From Campylobacterota bacterium (GTDB lineage Bacteria > Campylobacterota > Campylobacteria > Campylobacterales > Sulfurimonadaceae), in assembly GCA_034661055.1 (NCBI GenBank), contig JAYEKO010000089.1:1-28517 (forward strand): a stretch of DNA of 28,517 nt. Direction: 5' to 3'. The notes beneath the pieces were generated by a model. The model was not told the origin of the DNA. It worked only from the letters and a program-made list of their open reading frames with translations, and did no database searches. The number at the start of each line of letters is the position of its first letter. The stretch's first letter is position 1. Below, one piece after another: positions 1 through 8,871 of this stretch. A program made the position numbers and the translations under genes.

Positions 1-442
1 CAACCTTATAATCAACATCAAGCTTTCCAGTGTAGTCAAAACTACCATTATCTGCGACACCTTTTAGTTTTGTAGCGTAATTGCTGCTTGCTCCAAGAAG
101 AACCCAGTCAAATTTGCCCATAGTACCATCGCCATCTACATCAACCTGAAACATATACCATGCAGGAGTAGGTGCGACAATATCAACAGGTTTCCATCCA
201 AAGACATCAGTGTCACTTGGTTGATTACCTCGTAGCTGATATGATTTCCCATTCATAGTAAAAGCCCAGTCAAACTTATCATTGTCACCTTTAGGCTCAA
301 AGTCATAAGCACCAAAAGTACCCATGACCTCATAGCTTCCACCATTAATGAGAGCATCTTTTGCCATATCTTCTACGCTTGCGGCAAAACTACATGTAAA
401 TCCTGCAACAATTAGTGCTGCAGATAAAATTATTTTTTTCAT
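1..442 (-). CDS. Secreted hypothetical protein, 3'-truncated by window edge (147 aa visible; not in ORF track)
   Basis: Hand translation from ATG at 442: MKKIILSAALIVAGFTCSFA|ASVEDMAKDALINGGSYEVMGTFGAYDFEPKGDNDKFDWAF...DVDGDGTMGKFDWVLL...DVDYKV, open to the edge. GAGG SD upstream and Sec-type signal peptide. Confidence 0.85.
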   Translation of the reverse strand, partial: MKKIILSAALIVAGFTCSFAASVEDMAKDALINGGSYEVMGTFGAYDFEPKGDNDKFDWAFTMNGKSYQLRGNQPSDTDVFGWKPVDIVAPTPAWYMFQVDVDGDGTMGKFDWVLLGASSNYATKLKGVADNGSFDYTGKLDVDYKV

Positions 443-468
443 CTGTTTTCCTCATTTTATTTGTAACT

Positions 469-505
469 ATTATAATAGCTTATTGTTGCAAAAACGTTGC
501 AAAAA
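469..505 (-). promoter_or_regulatory. -10 box plus tandem direct repeat (candidate response-regulator binding site)
   Basis: GTTGCAAAAA at 485-494 and 496-505 (11-bp period). TATAAT on minus strand at 469-474, inside palindrome CTATTATAATAG (467-478). Confidence 0.6.
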
Positions 506-513
506 GAGACAAA

Positions 514-1197
514 TTAAATATTTAAACGGTATCCTACACTAGAGACAGTCTCTAAAAACTGGTGTTTTAGTTTTGTTCTTAACCGACTTACTAGCGCCCG
601 TCGTGTGCTCTCTGCAGGAGAGGTTTCTGGCCAAATAATAGTTTCAATAATAGCAATAGGAATAATAGTGTTTTTTGAGAGAACCAGTAGGTGAAGAAGC
701 TGCTGTTCTCTTCGTGTAAGGTGTATGAATTCACCACAGCATAAGAGCTGCTGCTGCTGTGTATCGTAACTAAATTCAGAATCAAAAATAGTATCGCCTT
801 TTTTGATATGTTGCTTATCCTCATTTTGATGGTAATGAACTAAAGCTATTTTTGCAGCAGCTGATAGCTCATGACGGTTAAATGGTTTAATGAGGTATGC
901 GGCAGGATTTGTTTTAACTGCTCTTTCAATGGTGTTTTCATCATTAAATGCGGTAATGTAAATAATACTTGTATGAACGCTTTTAAGAATTTTTTCTGCA
1001 GCATTAATACCATCATTGTCTCCTTTTAGGTTAATGTCCATTAAAATAAGATGAGGCTGGTGTTTCATTGCTAGTGTATAGGCATCATCTGCATTAGTAG
1101 CTGTTGCTACAACATCAAATCCGAGCTGCGTTACAAAGCTTGCTATCTCCATAGCAACTATCGCTTCATCTTCGACAATTAAAATGGGAGTATTCAT
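514..1197 (-). CDS. DNA-binding response regulator (REC + OmpR/PhoB-type winged helix)
   Basis: ILIVEDE, LILMDINL (phosphoacceptor D), YITA, YLIKPF; C-terminal LTRREQQLL...LVSRLRTKL...ETVSSVGYRL. Confidence 0.93.
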   Translation of the reverse strand: MNTPILIVEDEAIVAMEIASFVTQLGFDVVATATNADDAYTLAMKHQPHLILMDINLKGDNDGINAAEKILKSVHTSIIYITAFNDENTIERAVKTNPAAYLIKPFNRHELSAAAKIALVHYHQNEDKQHIKKGDTIFDSEFSYDTQQQQLLCCGEFIHLTRREQQLLHLLVLSKNTIIPIAIIETIIWPETSPAESTRRALVSRLRTKLKHQFLETVSSVGYRLNI

Positions 1198-2969
1198 GCT
1201 TTAAACCTTATATCGTAACTACATGTATTATGATGATTAATCTCTATGGTACCGCCAAGCTGATCTTCTACCAAGGTATGAACAAGTGTTAATCCTAGTG
1301 AGTTTGAAGCGGTATTACTGTGCTTATAGCCATCTCCATCATCGCTTACATGTAGATTGTAGCATATAGAGTCTTTATGACCTAGTGTAATAGTGATAGT
1401 GCTATTGACAGGAGCATATTTAATGGCGTTAGAGACTAGCTCATTTACAATCAATCCAATATAAACAGCTTCCTTGAGTGGCATATTGGCATTGACATCA
1501 ATAGCAAAATTGAGATCTTTTTTAGATAATGAAGCTTCAATGTCTTCACATAAGCTCTCAATATACTCTTGCATATCAATAGTCTCAATATCTTCATTTT
1601 GATAGAGCAATTCATGTGTTTTAGAGATAGAGCGAATACGATTTTCAAGTTCTAAAAGAGGCTCTTTTACAGCTTCGTCTGCTCTATCACTCTGAAGTCT
1701 GATGATAGATAAAATAATTTGTAAATTGTTTTTTACTCTGTGATGAAGTTCTCTATAGAGTGTATTTAGCGTATGAGTTCTATTGGAAACTTCTTTTTCG
1801 ACAATAATATTTCGTTGTCGCAGCTCTTTGACAAGGTTTTGCTCATAGTGATCTTTTTGTACCTGTAAAATATTGATTCTGTCAGCAAAAGCAAGAAGCA
1901 GAAAAAGTGCTTCTAAAATAGTACATAGCAGTACCAGGCTTTGAAGGTGATACATCACTGATAGCACGCCTAATGCATCTAGTATCATTAAAAAATATCC
2001 AATCAGCAAGAAGACCCAGCCTGCAATAAAAAATCGTGCCTGCTTATTTCCTTTTGCGTAGACATAAAGTGCTACAAAGAAGTTAAAAAATATAAAAAAT
2101 AGTCCCGTTAAAATCATTGTCTCTGGAACATAAAACCATGGCGTAGAGAGGGTAATTATCTGTACTACGCTTAAGGCAATTAAAATCTTATAGGTGGTGT
2201 CAATTTTTTTAAATGCTTCGGTTCTCAAAAAGCTTCTAGCGAATAAAATAGCGGTAATAATCATAATACCCAGTTTAGGAACAACGATGAGGTTATCAAT
2301 AGCAGTAAACCACTCGGGCATATGCAGCGGCAAGAACCCAATGTAGGTCAACTGCTGAAAAAGTATGGCTGTGATGTAGAGGGTATAGTAGAGATAGCTA
2401 GCATCTTTGGTGTAAAGATATAGAGCCGTAGAGTAAATTAAAAATGCTATCACAATACCTATGAGTAGGATTATAGCAAATTGCTTCCTCTTGTCATTAC
2501 TGTAAAAATTTTCAGTATCAGTCAAAATTACAGAAAACTGTAGAGATGTCGTGCTGTTTTTTACATGTAAATAGTAGCTCTTATGGCTATGAGGTGCCAG
2601 CTTAAGTTTAAATGATGGGTAGAGTGCTGTACGCAGTGAATGAATATGCAACATGCCTTCTGTAGAGGAGTGATTTTGATCGTGTAGAGTGATATGCTCT
2701 AGAAGTGGATTATTAATTTTTAATATCTTCTCTTTAGGAGTATCAGTTTCGTTTTTAAGAGAAAATTTAATCCATACAGAGGTGTCTGCTTGAAATCCAA
2801 GGTTGATGTGCTCGTGCGACATCTTCTTAAAGCGCTGTTGTTTAATCTCATTAAAAGAGAGCCTTTCTTTATCAATATAGATTTGAGAATTTTTAAAAAG
2901 GTTAACTTCAGAGGCACTCAGTGGTAGCATGAAAGCAAGAAATATAAACCATACTATCTTGCTTAACAT
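1194..2969 (-). CDS. Sensor histidine kinase, 7TMR-DISM extracellular + 7TM + HisKA_2 + HATPase
   Basis: Signal peptide; NLGF...VWIKF extracellular domain; about seven hydrophobic segments; ELHHRVKNNLQ H-box; NELVSNAIKYA, DDGDG, SLGL boxes. 4-nt overlap with the regulator. Confidence 0.92.
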   Translation of the reverse strand: MLSKIVWFIFLAFMLPLSASEVNLFKNSQIYIDKERLSFNEIKQQRFKKMSHEHINLGFQADTSVWIKFSLKNETDTPKEKILKINNPLLEHITLHDQNHSSTEGMLHIHSLRTALYPSFKLKLAPHSHKSYYLHVKNSTTSLQFSVILTDTENFYSNDKRKQFAIILLIGIVIAFLIYSTALYLYTKDASYLYYTLYITAILFQQLTYIGFLPLHMPEWFTAIDNLIVVPKLGIMIITAILFARSFLRTEAFKKIDTTYKILIALSVVQIITLSTPWFYVPETMILTGLFFIFFNFFVALYVYAKGNKQARFFIAGWVFLLIGYFLMILDALGVLSVMYHLQSLVLLCTILEALFLLLAFADRINILQVQKDHYEQNLVKELRQRNIIVEKEVSNRTHTLNTLYRELHHRVKNNLQIILSIIRLQSDRADEAVKEPLLELENRIRSISKTHELLYQNEDIETIDMQEYIESLCEDIEASLSKKDLNFAIDVNANMPLKEAVYIGLIVNELVSNAIKYAPVNSTITITLGHKDSICYNLHVSDDGDGYKHSNTASNSLGLTLVHTLVEDQLGGTIEINHHNTCSYDIRFKA

Positions 2970-2982
2970 GTAGTTATCTTAT

Positions 2983-4065
2983 CTACTTGGCATCACGATA
3001 GTAGTTTTGTACACCATCAATCGTACTTCCCATATTAAGAAGTAATAAATCTGCAATAACTAAGGCTGCCATCGCCTCACAGACAATAGATCCTCGAATA
3101 GCGACACAAGGATCATGGCGACCTTTTAGTGAAAAATCTACCTCTTCATCTTTACATGTAATTGTAGGCTGTTCAATAAAAATAGAAGGTGTTGGTTTAA
3201 AATAAATCTTCATAGCAACATCATCACCATTACTGATTCCACCAAGAATCCCGCCTGAGTGATTACTTAAAAAACCGCTGTTTCTAATGGCATCATTATT
3301 TTGTGAACCTCGAAGACGTGAACTCTCTATACCGTCACCGATTTCTACCGCTTTAGCCGCATTTATGCCCATCATGGCATCAGCCAATAGCGCATCAAGC
3401 TTATAGTAGAGAGGTTCACCTAGGCCTACAGGAAGCGAAGATATTTTAAGTGCAACAACACCGCCAACAGAATCATGCTCGTTTTTTGCTTCTAAAATAG
3501 CAGTTTTTTGAGCCTCTTCTACACTTGAGTCAAGAGCATAAATTTCACTGCCTCTAGTATAATTAAAGTCATATGATTTTGCATGAATTCCAGCAATTTC
3601 ACAAATACCGCTTTCAATGGTAATGCTAAGTTGTTTTAGTAGTAGTTTTGCCAAGGCACCAGCGGCAACACGTGCAGCAGTTTCACGTGCAGAAGAGCGT
3701 CCGCCGCCACGGTAATCACGAATACCGTATTTATTCCAGTAGGTAAAATCGGCATGACCCGGACGAAAAACATCTTTAATATTGGTGTAGTCTTTACTTT
3801 TTTGGTTGGTATTGTAAATAACCATAGCAATGGGAGTTCCTGTGCTTTTACCTTCAAAGATTCCGCTTAAAATTTCAACAGAGTCTGCCTCTTTTCTAGC
3901 TGTTGCAAACTCATTTTGTCCGGGCTTTCTTCGGTCAAGTTCACTTTGAATAAACGCTTCGTCAATCTCTAATCCTGCCGGTACTCCATCGACAACACAG
4001 CCGATAGCTTTACCATGAGATTCACCAAAGGTATTAAAGCTAAATCTAATTCCAAAATGGTTCAT
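2983..4065 (-). CDS. aroC: Chorismate synthase
   Basis: [37 protein letters not shown] signatures. Confidence 0.98.
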   Translation of the reverse strand: MNHFGIRFSFNTFGESHGKAIGCVVDGVPAGLEIDEAFIQSELDRRKPGQNEFATARKEADSVEILSGIFEGKSTGTPIAMVIYNTNQKSKDYTNIKDVFRPGHADFTYWNKYGIRDYRGGGRSSARETAARVAAGALAKLLLKQLSITIESGICEIAGIHAKSYDFNYTRGSEIYALDSSVEEAQKTAILEAKNEHDSVGGVVALKISSLPVGLGEPLYYKLDALLADAMMGINAAKAVEIGDGIESSRLRGSQNNDAIRNSGFLSNHSGGILGGISNGDDVAMKIYFKPTPSIFIEQPTITCKDEEVDFSLKGRHDPCVAIRGSIVCEAMAALVIADLLLLNMGSTIDGVQNYYRDAK

Positions 4066-4742
4066 GAAAGTTCCTTTTTTAGTCTGTTTAGTGCCACTTC
4101 TGCTGCAACTTGCTGAGCAATTTTTTTACTTTTTCCCATAGCGGTCGCATAGGGTTTTCCATCAATTGTGAGTGCAATTTCAAACTCTTTTTGATGATCA
4201 GGTCCACGTGAGCTGACAAGTCTGTATTCTGGAGTAATTCCGTAGTGTGCCTGTGTTAGCTCTTGGAGTGATGTTTTGTAGTCTCTAAAGAGTGAGTCTA
4301 AAGAGATCTCTTTATAGTTTTTCTCAAGCATGGCGATGGCAATATCTGTTACTTTAGCAAGACCAGCTTCAAGATAGAGTGCACCAATAACTGCTTCAAA
4401 TGCATTAGAGAGCAGGGAAGGCTTTGTGCGCCCTAAATTGTTCTCTTCTGCGTTAGATAAAAATATGTGCTCTCCTAGGTTAAGTGTCTTAGCAAGAAGC
4501 ATAAAACCGTTTTCGTTAACTAGTGAAGCTCGCATTTTTGAGAGTTTTCCCTCATCATGATTTGGAAATTTTTTGTAGAGGTATTCCCCAACAATTAGGT
4601 CAAGTACTGCATCTCCTAAAAACTCCAGACGCTCATTATTGTAGGGCTGTTTATAACTTTTATGTGTCAGCGCTTCAATAAGGAGCTTCCTGTTTTTAAA
4701 ACTATAGCCTAGGCTATTTTCCAAGTTTTTTAGCTCTTGCAT
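4062..4742 (-). CDS. rnc: Ribonuclease III
   Basis: [12 protein letters not shown] signature; C-terminal dsRBD (DYKTSLQE...GPDHQK...GKSKK). Confidence 0.98.
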   Translation of the reverse strand: MQELKNLENSLGYSFKNRKLLIEALTHKSYKQPYNNERLEFLGDAVLDLIVGEYLYKKFPNHDEGKLSKMRASLVNENGFMLLAKTLNLGEHIFLSNAEENNLGRTKPSLLSNAFEAVIGALYLEAGLAKVTDIAIAMLEKNYKEISLDSLFRDYKTSLQELTQAHYGITPEYRLVSSRGPDHQKEFEIALTIDGKPYATAMGKSKKIAQQVAAEVALNRLKKELS

Positions 4743-5170
4743 TATAATCCTTTTTTAAATTCTTCTGCGATGTCGCGTGCAATTTTATCACAACGTTCAT
4801 TCTCTTCATGCCCAGCATGCCCTTTTACCCAGATTCCTTTTACTTTATGAGGTCTGCTCACCTCAATGTACTCCTGCCATAAATCAGGGTTTTTAACTTT
4901 TTTAAAGTTCTTTTTTATCCAGCCAGAGAGCCACTCATTAATACCTTTTGTTACGTATGAGGAGTCAGAAACAATATCGACCTCACATGGTTCTTTGAGT
5001 GCTCTAAGCCCCTCAATGGCTCCAAGTAACTCCATCCTGTTGTTAGTGGTATGTGCTTCTCCGCCACTTAGGACTTTCTCATGCTCATTGTAGCGCACAA
5101 TGGTACCATATCCTCCAGGTCCAGGGTTGCCAAGTGATGAACCATCACTAAAAATTGTAATTTTCTTCAA
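4742..5170 (-). CDS. rnhA: Ribonuclease HI
   Basis: [45 protein letters not shown]. Confidence 0.98.
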   Translation of the reverse strand: MKKITIFSDGSSLGNPGPGGYGTIVRYNEHEKVLSGGEAHTTNNRMELLGAIEGLRALKEPCEVDIVSDSSYVTKGINEWLSGWIKKNFKKVKNPDLWQEYIEVSRPHKVKGIWVKGHAGHEENERCDKIARDIAEEFKKGL

Positions 5171-6188
5171 AACTATCCTTACTTAAAAGCATCTCTGGTA
5201 TTAACGTATCGGTATTGTGACAGTTTGGACATCTATGAAATGCAAACGGGAAGATATGTTTACAGTTTTTACAGAGATACTCAAACTGTAATGTTGCACC
5301 TTTCTCTTTGGCATGATTAAGTTTAATAAGTACATCAAGCTCAAAATGCTCACTGTCATTAGCCAAATCAACAACTCCACGTGCACTAAAGAGTTCACGT
5401 AAATATGAATGTGAACTAATTGCTTCCATGGATATTTTTTCATCATCGAGATACCATAAAAGATCACTTAGACGTTTGTAATCACTGCTTCTAAGGTGCT
5501 CCCATGCCATTTGACTATCTATTTTAAACAGGTACTCAAAGATAAGATAGGTGAACTTTTGATGTTTTTTATATAGCGTTAAAAGTGACTCTATTTTTTT
5601 ATTATTTTGAATGTCATTTCGTTGCAAGAGATAAGCACACTCTAAATAGAGTGTCTCATGCTCAATGTTTTCATCAAGCTCATGCAGTGGCTCTAAGACA
5701 TCAAGTGCTTTTTTGTACTCTTTAAGACGGTCATAAACAAGAAGCAAGGAGTACAGTGCTTCAGGGGTACGAGGCTCATGTTTTAAGATCTTTAAGAACA
5801 CCTCTTTAGAACGCTCTAAAAAACCAGCTTTAAGATAGGTCTGACCCAATAATATAAGAGTTTTTTTGCGTTTTGAGGGCTCTTTTTCTGCCTCTATGAT
5901 ACTTTTGTATATCTCAATACTCTTTTCGTAATTTCCCTGCTGAATATATGAAGATGCAAGAAGAAACCATGAGCTAGAGGAGATGTTTCCTGTATGGATG
6001 AGCTCTTTTATCTCATTTTCGCTTGGCACTGTATTGAGGTCTTTTATAAAGTTGTCAAGATATCTATGGTCATCTTTTGCCCTATACCTTCCCCACCAAT
6101 AGCTAAAAAATGTAACAACAAAGATAAGTGCGAAAAAGACAATAACACCAAAAAGAGGGTCTCGTGTCTCTATAAAAAGATTATTCAA
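5148..6188 (-). CDS. Membrane-anchored TPR protein with C-terminal rubredoxin-like Cys knuckle (LapB/YciM-like)
   Basis: TTG start; N-terminal TM; TPR-like LGQTYLKAGFLERS; C-terminal CKNC-x10-CPNC. Confidence 0.8.
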   Translation of the reverse strand: MNNLFIETRDPLFGVIVFFALIFVVTFFSYWWGRYRAKDDHRYLDNFIKDLNTVPSENEIKELIHTGNISSSSWFLLASSYIQQGNYEKSIEIYKSIIEAEKEPSKRKKTLILLGQTYLKAGFLERSKEVFLKILKHEPRTPEALYSLLLVYDRLKEYKKALDVLEPLHELDENIEHETLYLECAYLLQRNDIQNNKKIESLLTLYKKHQKFTYLIFEYLFKIDSQMAWEHLRSSDYKRLSDLLWYLDDEKISMEAISSHSYLRELFSARGVVDLANDSEHFELDVLIKLNHAKEKGATLQFEYLCKNCKHIFPFAFHRCPNCHNTDTLIPEMLLSKDSFEENYNF

Positions 6189-6206
6189 TTGTCTGCTTTA
6201 AGATTT

Positions 6207-8366
6207 TTAAGCAATTATACCATCAGTTATGTTACTTGGAAGTTTAAAAGAGTCTTTTAGCCATGCAATACGTTCTTTGCGAATCAGTTTATCTTTTTGT
6301 GTATCTTTAGAGAAAGGTTTTTTCTTAACTTGAGTGATGAGGTAGTTAAGTTCATCGTCGGTTCCAAAAAAGTTAATGTAGTTGATAACTCCATTGTGAT
6401 AACGTTTCATATCTTTTTTATCTATGCTGGCTTTTATCTGTATTCGATAAGCAGCCCGTAAGAGAGTGCCTGTTTTTTCACTGCGACTTTTTAACTTAAT
6501 GAGTGAGCCGAGATCTTTTTTTATTGCTACTATATTACCTGCTGCAGCAGACTTTTCACACCGATAGATAATCATGTTCCACTGCTTCTCTAGTATTTCA
6601 AGCTCTTTTAAAATAGAGAGCTCTTTACGAGAATCAATTAGTTGAAAACAGTTATAAAGTTTGCGTTTTTCATAAAAATAGAAAAACTTCTTAACAGACT
6701 TGAATGTCTGATTCATCTGTTCATAAATCTTATGAAGGTGCGCAATACCTTCTATCTCATTTAAAATTGTCTGTGTAGTGGAGAAGTCATAGCTTTTAAT
6801 CGCATAGTTTAATGAGCTAATCTCTTTATCATAATCAACAATATGTTCAATGTATTGCGGAGTGTTTTTAAGTTGAGGATATTTTTGGATTATCTGCTCA
6901 ACCCTTGCGATATTGTTGCCCTTAAGTGCATTAGTCAGGTCACTAAAATATTTATGGTCTGAAAATAGTAATGAAATCAGAGGGCGTTTTTCAGAAATAG
7001 TGAAAAAATCATAGAGATTTTTCTTAGCAGCTACTTCATCATGTTTTACTACAAGCTCGTAAGCCTCGTTAAAACAGTTTTGCCACTTCTTCTCAAGCTT
7101 TTTATATACAGGAGTCATTTTAAGAAGTGGCCACTTTTGGGTTAGTCCATAAATTGAAGCGTACTTCTTCTGAGTGTGCATTAACTTCATACTCTCATAA
7201 TGTTTAAAGTTTTTAAACAGTGCTATGTAGTCATCTTTTTTTGCATTTTTAAAGGCTTTTAGCTCGAGCTTTGCCTCTTCAACTTTAAGAGAAATGAGAA
7301 GCTTAAGAGCGTTGGTATAACGCAGAGAAAAGAGAGTCTCTAGTTTTAAAAAATCTTTAGTATGGCGCAGTAGTATATTGTGTTCACTTAGCTTGTATGC
7401 TTGTTCAAAGTAGTCGTGTTCAATAAGTTCATTAAACTCTTTTAAGGGAAGCAAATTTACATGTAAAAGATCACCGTTCTCTTGAGCAATATAGATAGAG
7501 TTTTCTCTGGTACACACAATATCTGTAATATTGCTAGAGGTAGTAATGAACTCTTTTTTAATAAGCTCCATGGTTAGGATATTAACTAATGAGATGGAGT
7601 TGAATTTTGATGAAACCAGCACGAATGGAAGGTTGTTTAAAAGTACAATATGTTGAATAGAACCTATAGAGAGTGAAATCTGCTTAAGTACTCGATGCTC
7701 GCATATAGATACTTTCTTTAAGGTGCTTTCACCATTACCCTCTAAGAATGTATCGTTATTTATAAATGCAAGGGCATCAATTTTACTTCGACCATTATGA
7801 AAGCGCAGGCTTTGAGTGAGTGTGTTAATATTTAAAAGTACTACAGAGCCTCCATAGCCACTTGAAATAAAGAGAGACTTATAAAATGAAAAACTGCTGA
7901 CATAGCTGTTTTTAAAACCAATTAGCTCAGAAGCAGTGTGCTCTGGAAATGAGGCTATTCTGTTTAAAAAACTACCACTGAGCAAGGAGTACGTTAAAAC
8001 ACGTCCTTCTGATGTTCCTGCAAGAAGATAGTGTGACGAGGGATCAAATGAGATAATATCCAATGTGTGCCCATATGCATTAAAAGATTGAATAATCTTA
8101 TTTTTGACGGAGTTAATAATATGTACCATGGTGTTGTCATGTGCAAGGTAAGCAATAAATTTCCCACTCTCTGTAATAGAGATTTTACTCTTCTCAAATA
8201 GGAATTTAGAGTCTAGCTGTAGGGTTCTGTGTTCACCTGTAGATAGGTTTAAAAAGATGATTTTACGATTTTTAGTAGCTATGGCAAGAGTGCCATCGTT
8301 GAGTAGCTTAAGATAGACAATTGATGACTGATAGTTTTTAAGAGTCTCTATCTGATAGGGGTCCAT
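6207..8366 (-). CDS. WD40-like beta-propeller protein with repeated alpha-helical C-terminal region
   Basis: N-terminal ~305 aa has blade-like repeats (ISFDPSSHYLLAGTSEGRV, FISSGYGGSVVLLN, LAFINNDTFLEGN); Lys/Glu/Leu-rich helical C-terminus; no signal peptide. Confidence 0.75.
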   Translation of the reverse strand: MDPYQIETLKNYQSSIVYLKLLNDGTLAIATKNRKIIFLNLSTGEHRTLQLDSKFLFEKSKISITESGKFIAYLAHDNTMVHIINSVKNKIIQSFNAYGHTLDIISFDPSSHYLLAGTSEGRVLTYSLLSGSFLNRIASFPEHTASELIGFKNSYVSSFSFYKSLFISSGYGGSVVLLNINTLTQSLRFHNGRSKIDALAFINNDTFLEGNGESTLKKVSICEHRVLKQISLSIGSIQHIVLLNNLPFVLVSSKFNSISLVNILTMELIKKEFITTSSNITDIVCTRENSIYIAQENGDLLHVNLLPLKEFNELIEHDYFEQAYKLSEHNILLRHTKDFLKLETLFSLRYTNALKLLISLKVEEAKLELKAFKNAKKDDYIALFKNFKHYESMKLMHTQKKYASIYGLTQKWPLLKMTPVYKKLEKKWQNCFNEAYELVVKHDEVAAKKNLYDFFTISEKRPLISLLFSDHKYFSDLTNALKGNNIARVEQIIQKYPQLKNTPQYIEHIVDYDKEISSLNYAIKSYDFSTTQTILNEIEGIAHLHKIYEQMNQTFKSVKKFFYFYEKRKLYNCFQLIDSRKELSILKELEILEKQWNMIIYRCEKSAAAGNIVAIKKDLGSLIKLKSRSEKTGTLLRAAYRIQIKASIDKKDMKRYHNGVINYINFFGTDDELNYLITQVKKKPFSKDTQKDKLIRKERIAWLKDSFKLPSNITDGIIA
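6214..6222 (-). promoter_or_regulatory. Extended -10 promoter for lapB-like-rnhA-rnc-aroC
   Basis: TGGTATAAT on minus strand, 25 nt upstream of the TTG start, within the last codons of the upstream gene. Confidence 0.55.
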
Positions 8367-8833
8367 ATAATCTCTTTTAAGATTTTATTTTTAAATAGGT
8401 ATTCAAGAGTATTGCTGTAGTTTAATTTACATGTAATATCTTCATCTGATGATTTACATGTAAATTTTTTCTGATTAATATCTTCAAGGTTCATCCCAAT
8501 AGTAGCATCAAAGTTTTTAACATCACTGTTTAATACGATGATGCTATGAATTAATTTTAGGTTTTTTGTAGGATAGATAAGTGCCATCTCTTTGTCATTA
8601 AATGTAACTCGTATAATGGGACGTGGGGTGCCTGCTTCAAAAAAAGTAAATTTCTGTGCATCAAATCCTAAAAGTTTACTACTAATAATAGCAGTTTCAA
8701 ATGGGGTCTCACTATTAATGAGTCCGATGCCTTTGTGTGATATCTCAAGATTATAAGGAAGTTTTTTTACTTCACTAGAACATGCAGTGAAAATAAAAGC
8801 TGTTGCTATAAAAAATAGGGTTAAAGTTCTCAT
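8348..8833 (-). CDS. Lipoprotein, YfeY/DUF1131-like (161 aa; start revised from ORF track)
   Basis: MRTLTLFFIATAFIFTA|C lipobox; ISHKGIGLINSETPF, SIIVLNSDV, TIG, two C-terminal Cys and KEIIW resemble recalled E. coli YfeY (VSEQGVGELTASTPL, RIDVLDSDI, KIG, SKIIW). Confidence 0.7.
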   Translation of the reverse strand: MRTLTLFFIATAFIFTACSSEVKKLPYNLEISHKGIGLINSETPFETAIISSKLLGFDAQKFTFFEAGTPRPIIRVTFNDKEMALIYPTKNLKLIHSIIVLNSDVKNFDATIGMNLEDINQKKFTCKSSDEDITCKLNYSNTLEYLFKNKILKEIIWTPIR

Positions 8834-8860
8834 GAAAAAGTATAGCACTTTTTCATGAGA
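8828..8860. repeat. Perfect 14-bp inverted repeat (possible psr terminator or operator) containing an extended -10
   Basis: TCTCATGAAAAAGT-atagc-ACTTTTTCATGAGA; minus strand 8839-8847 reads TGCTATACT. Confidence 0.8.
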
Positions 8861-8871
8861 TTTAGTAGTTT

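Noticed and set aside
348..542. 64-aa plus-strand ORF
   Set aside because: Antisense to the signal-peptide gene and the regulator end; no recognisable motif.
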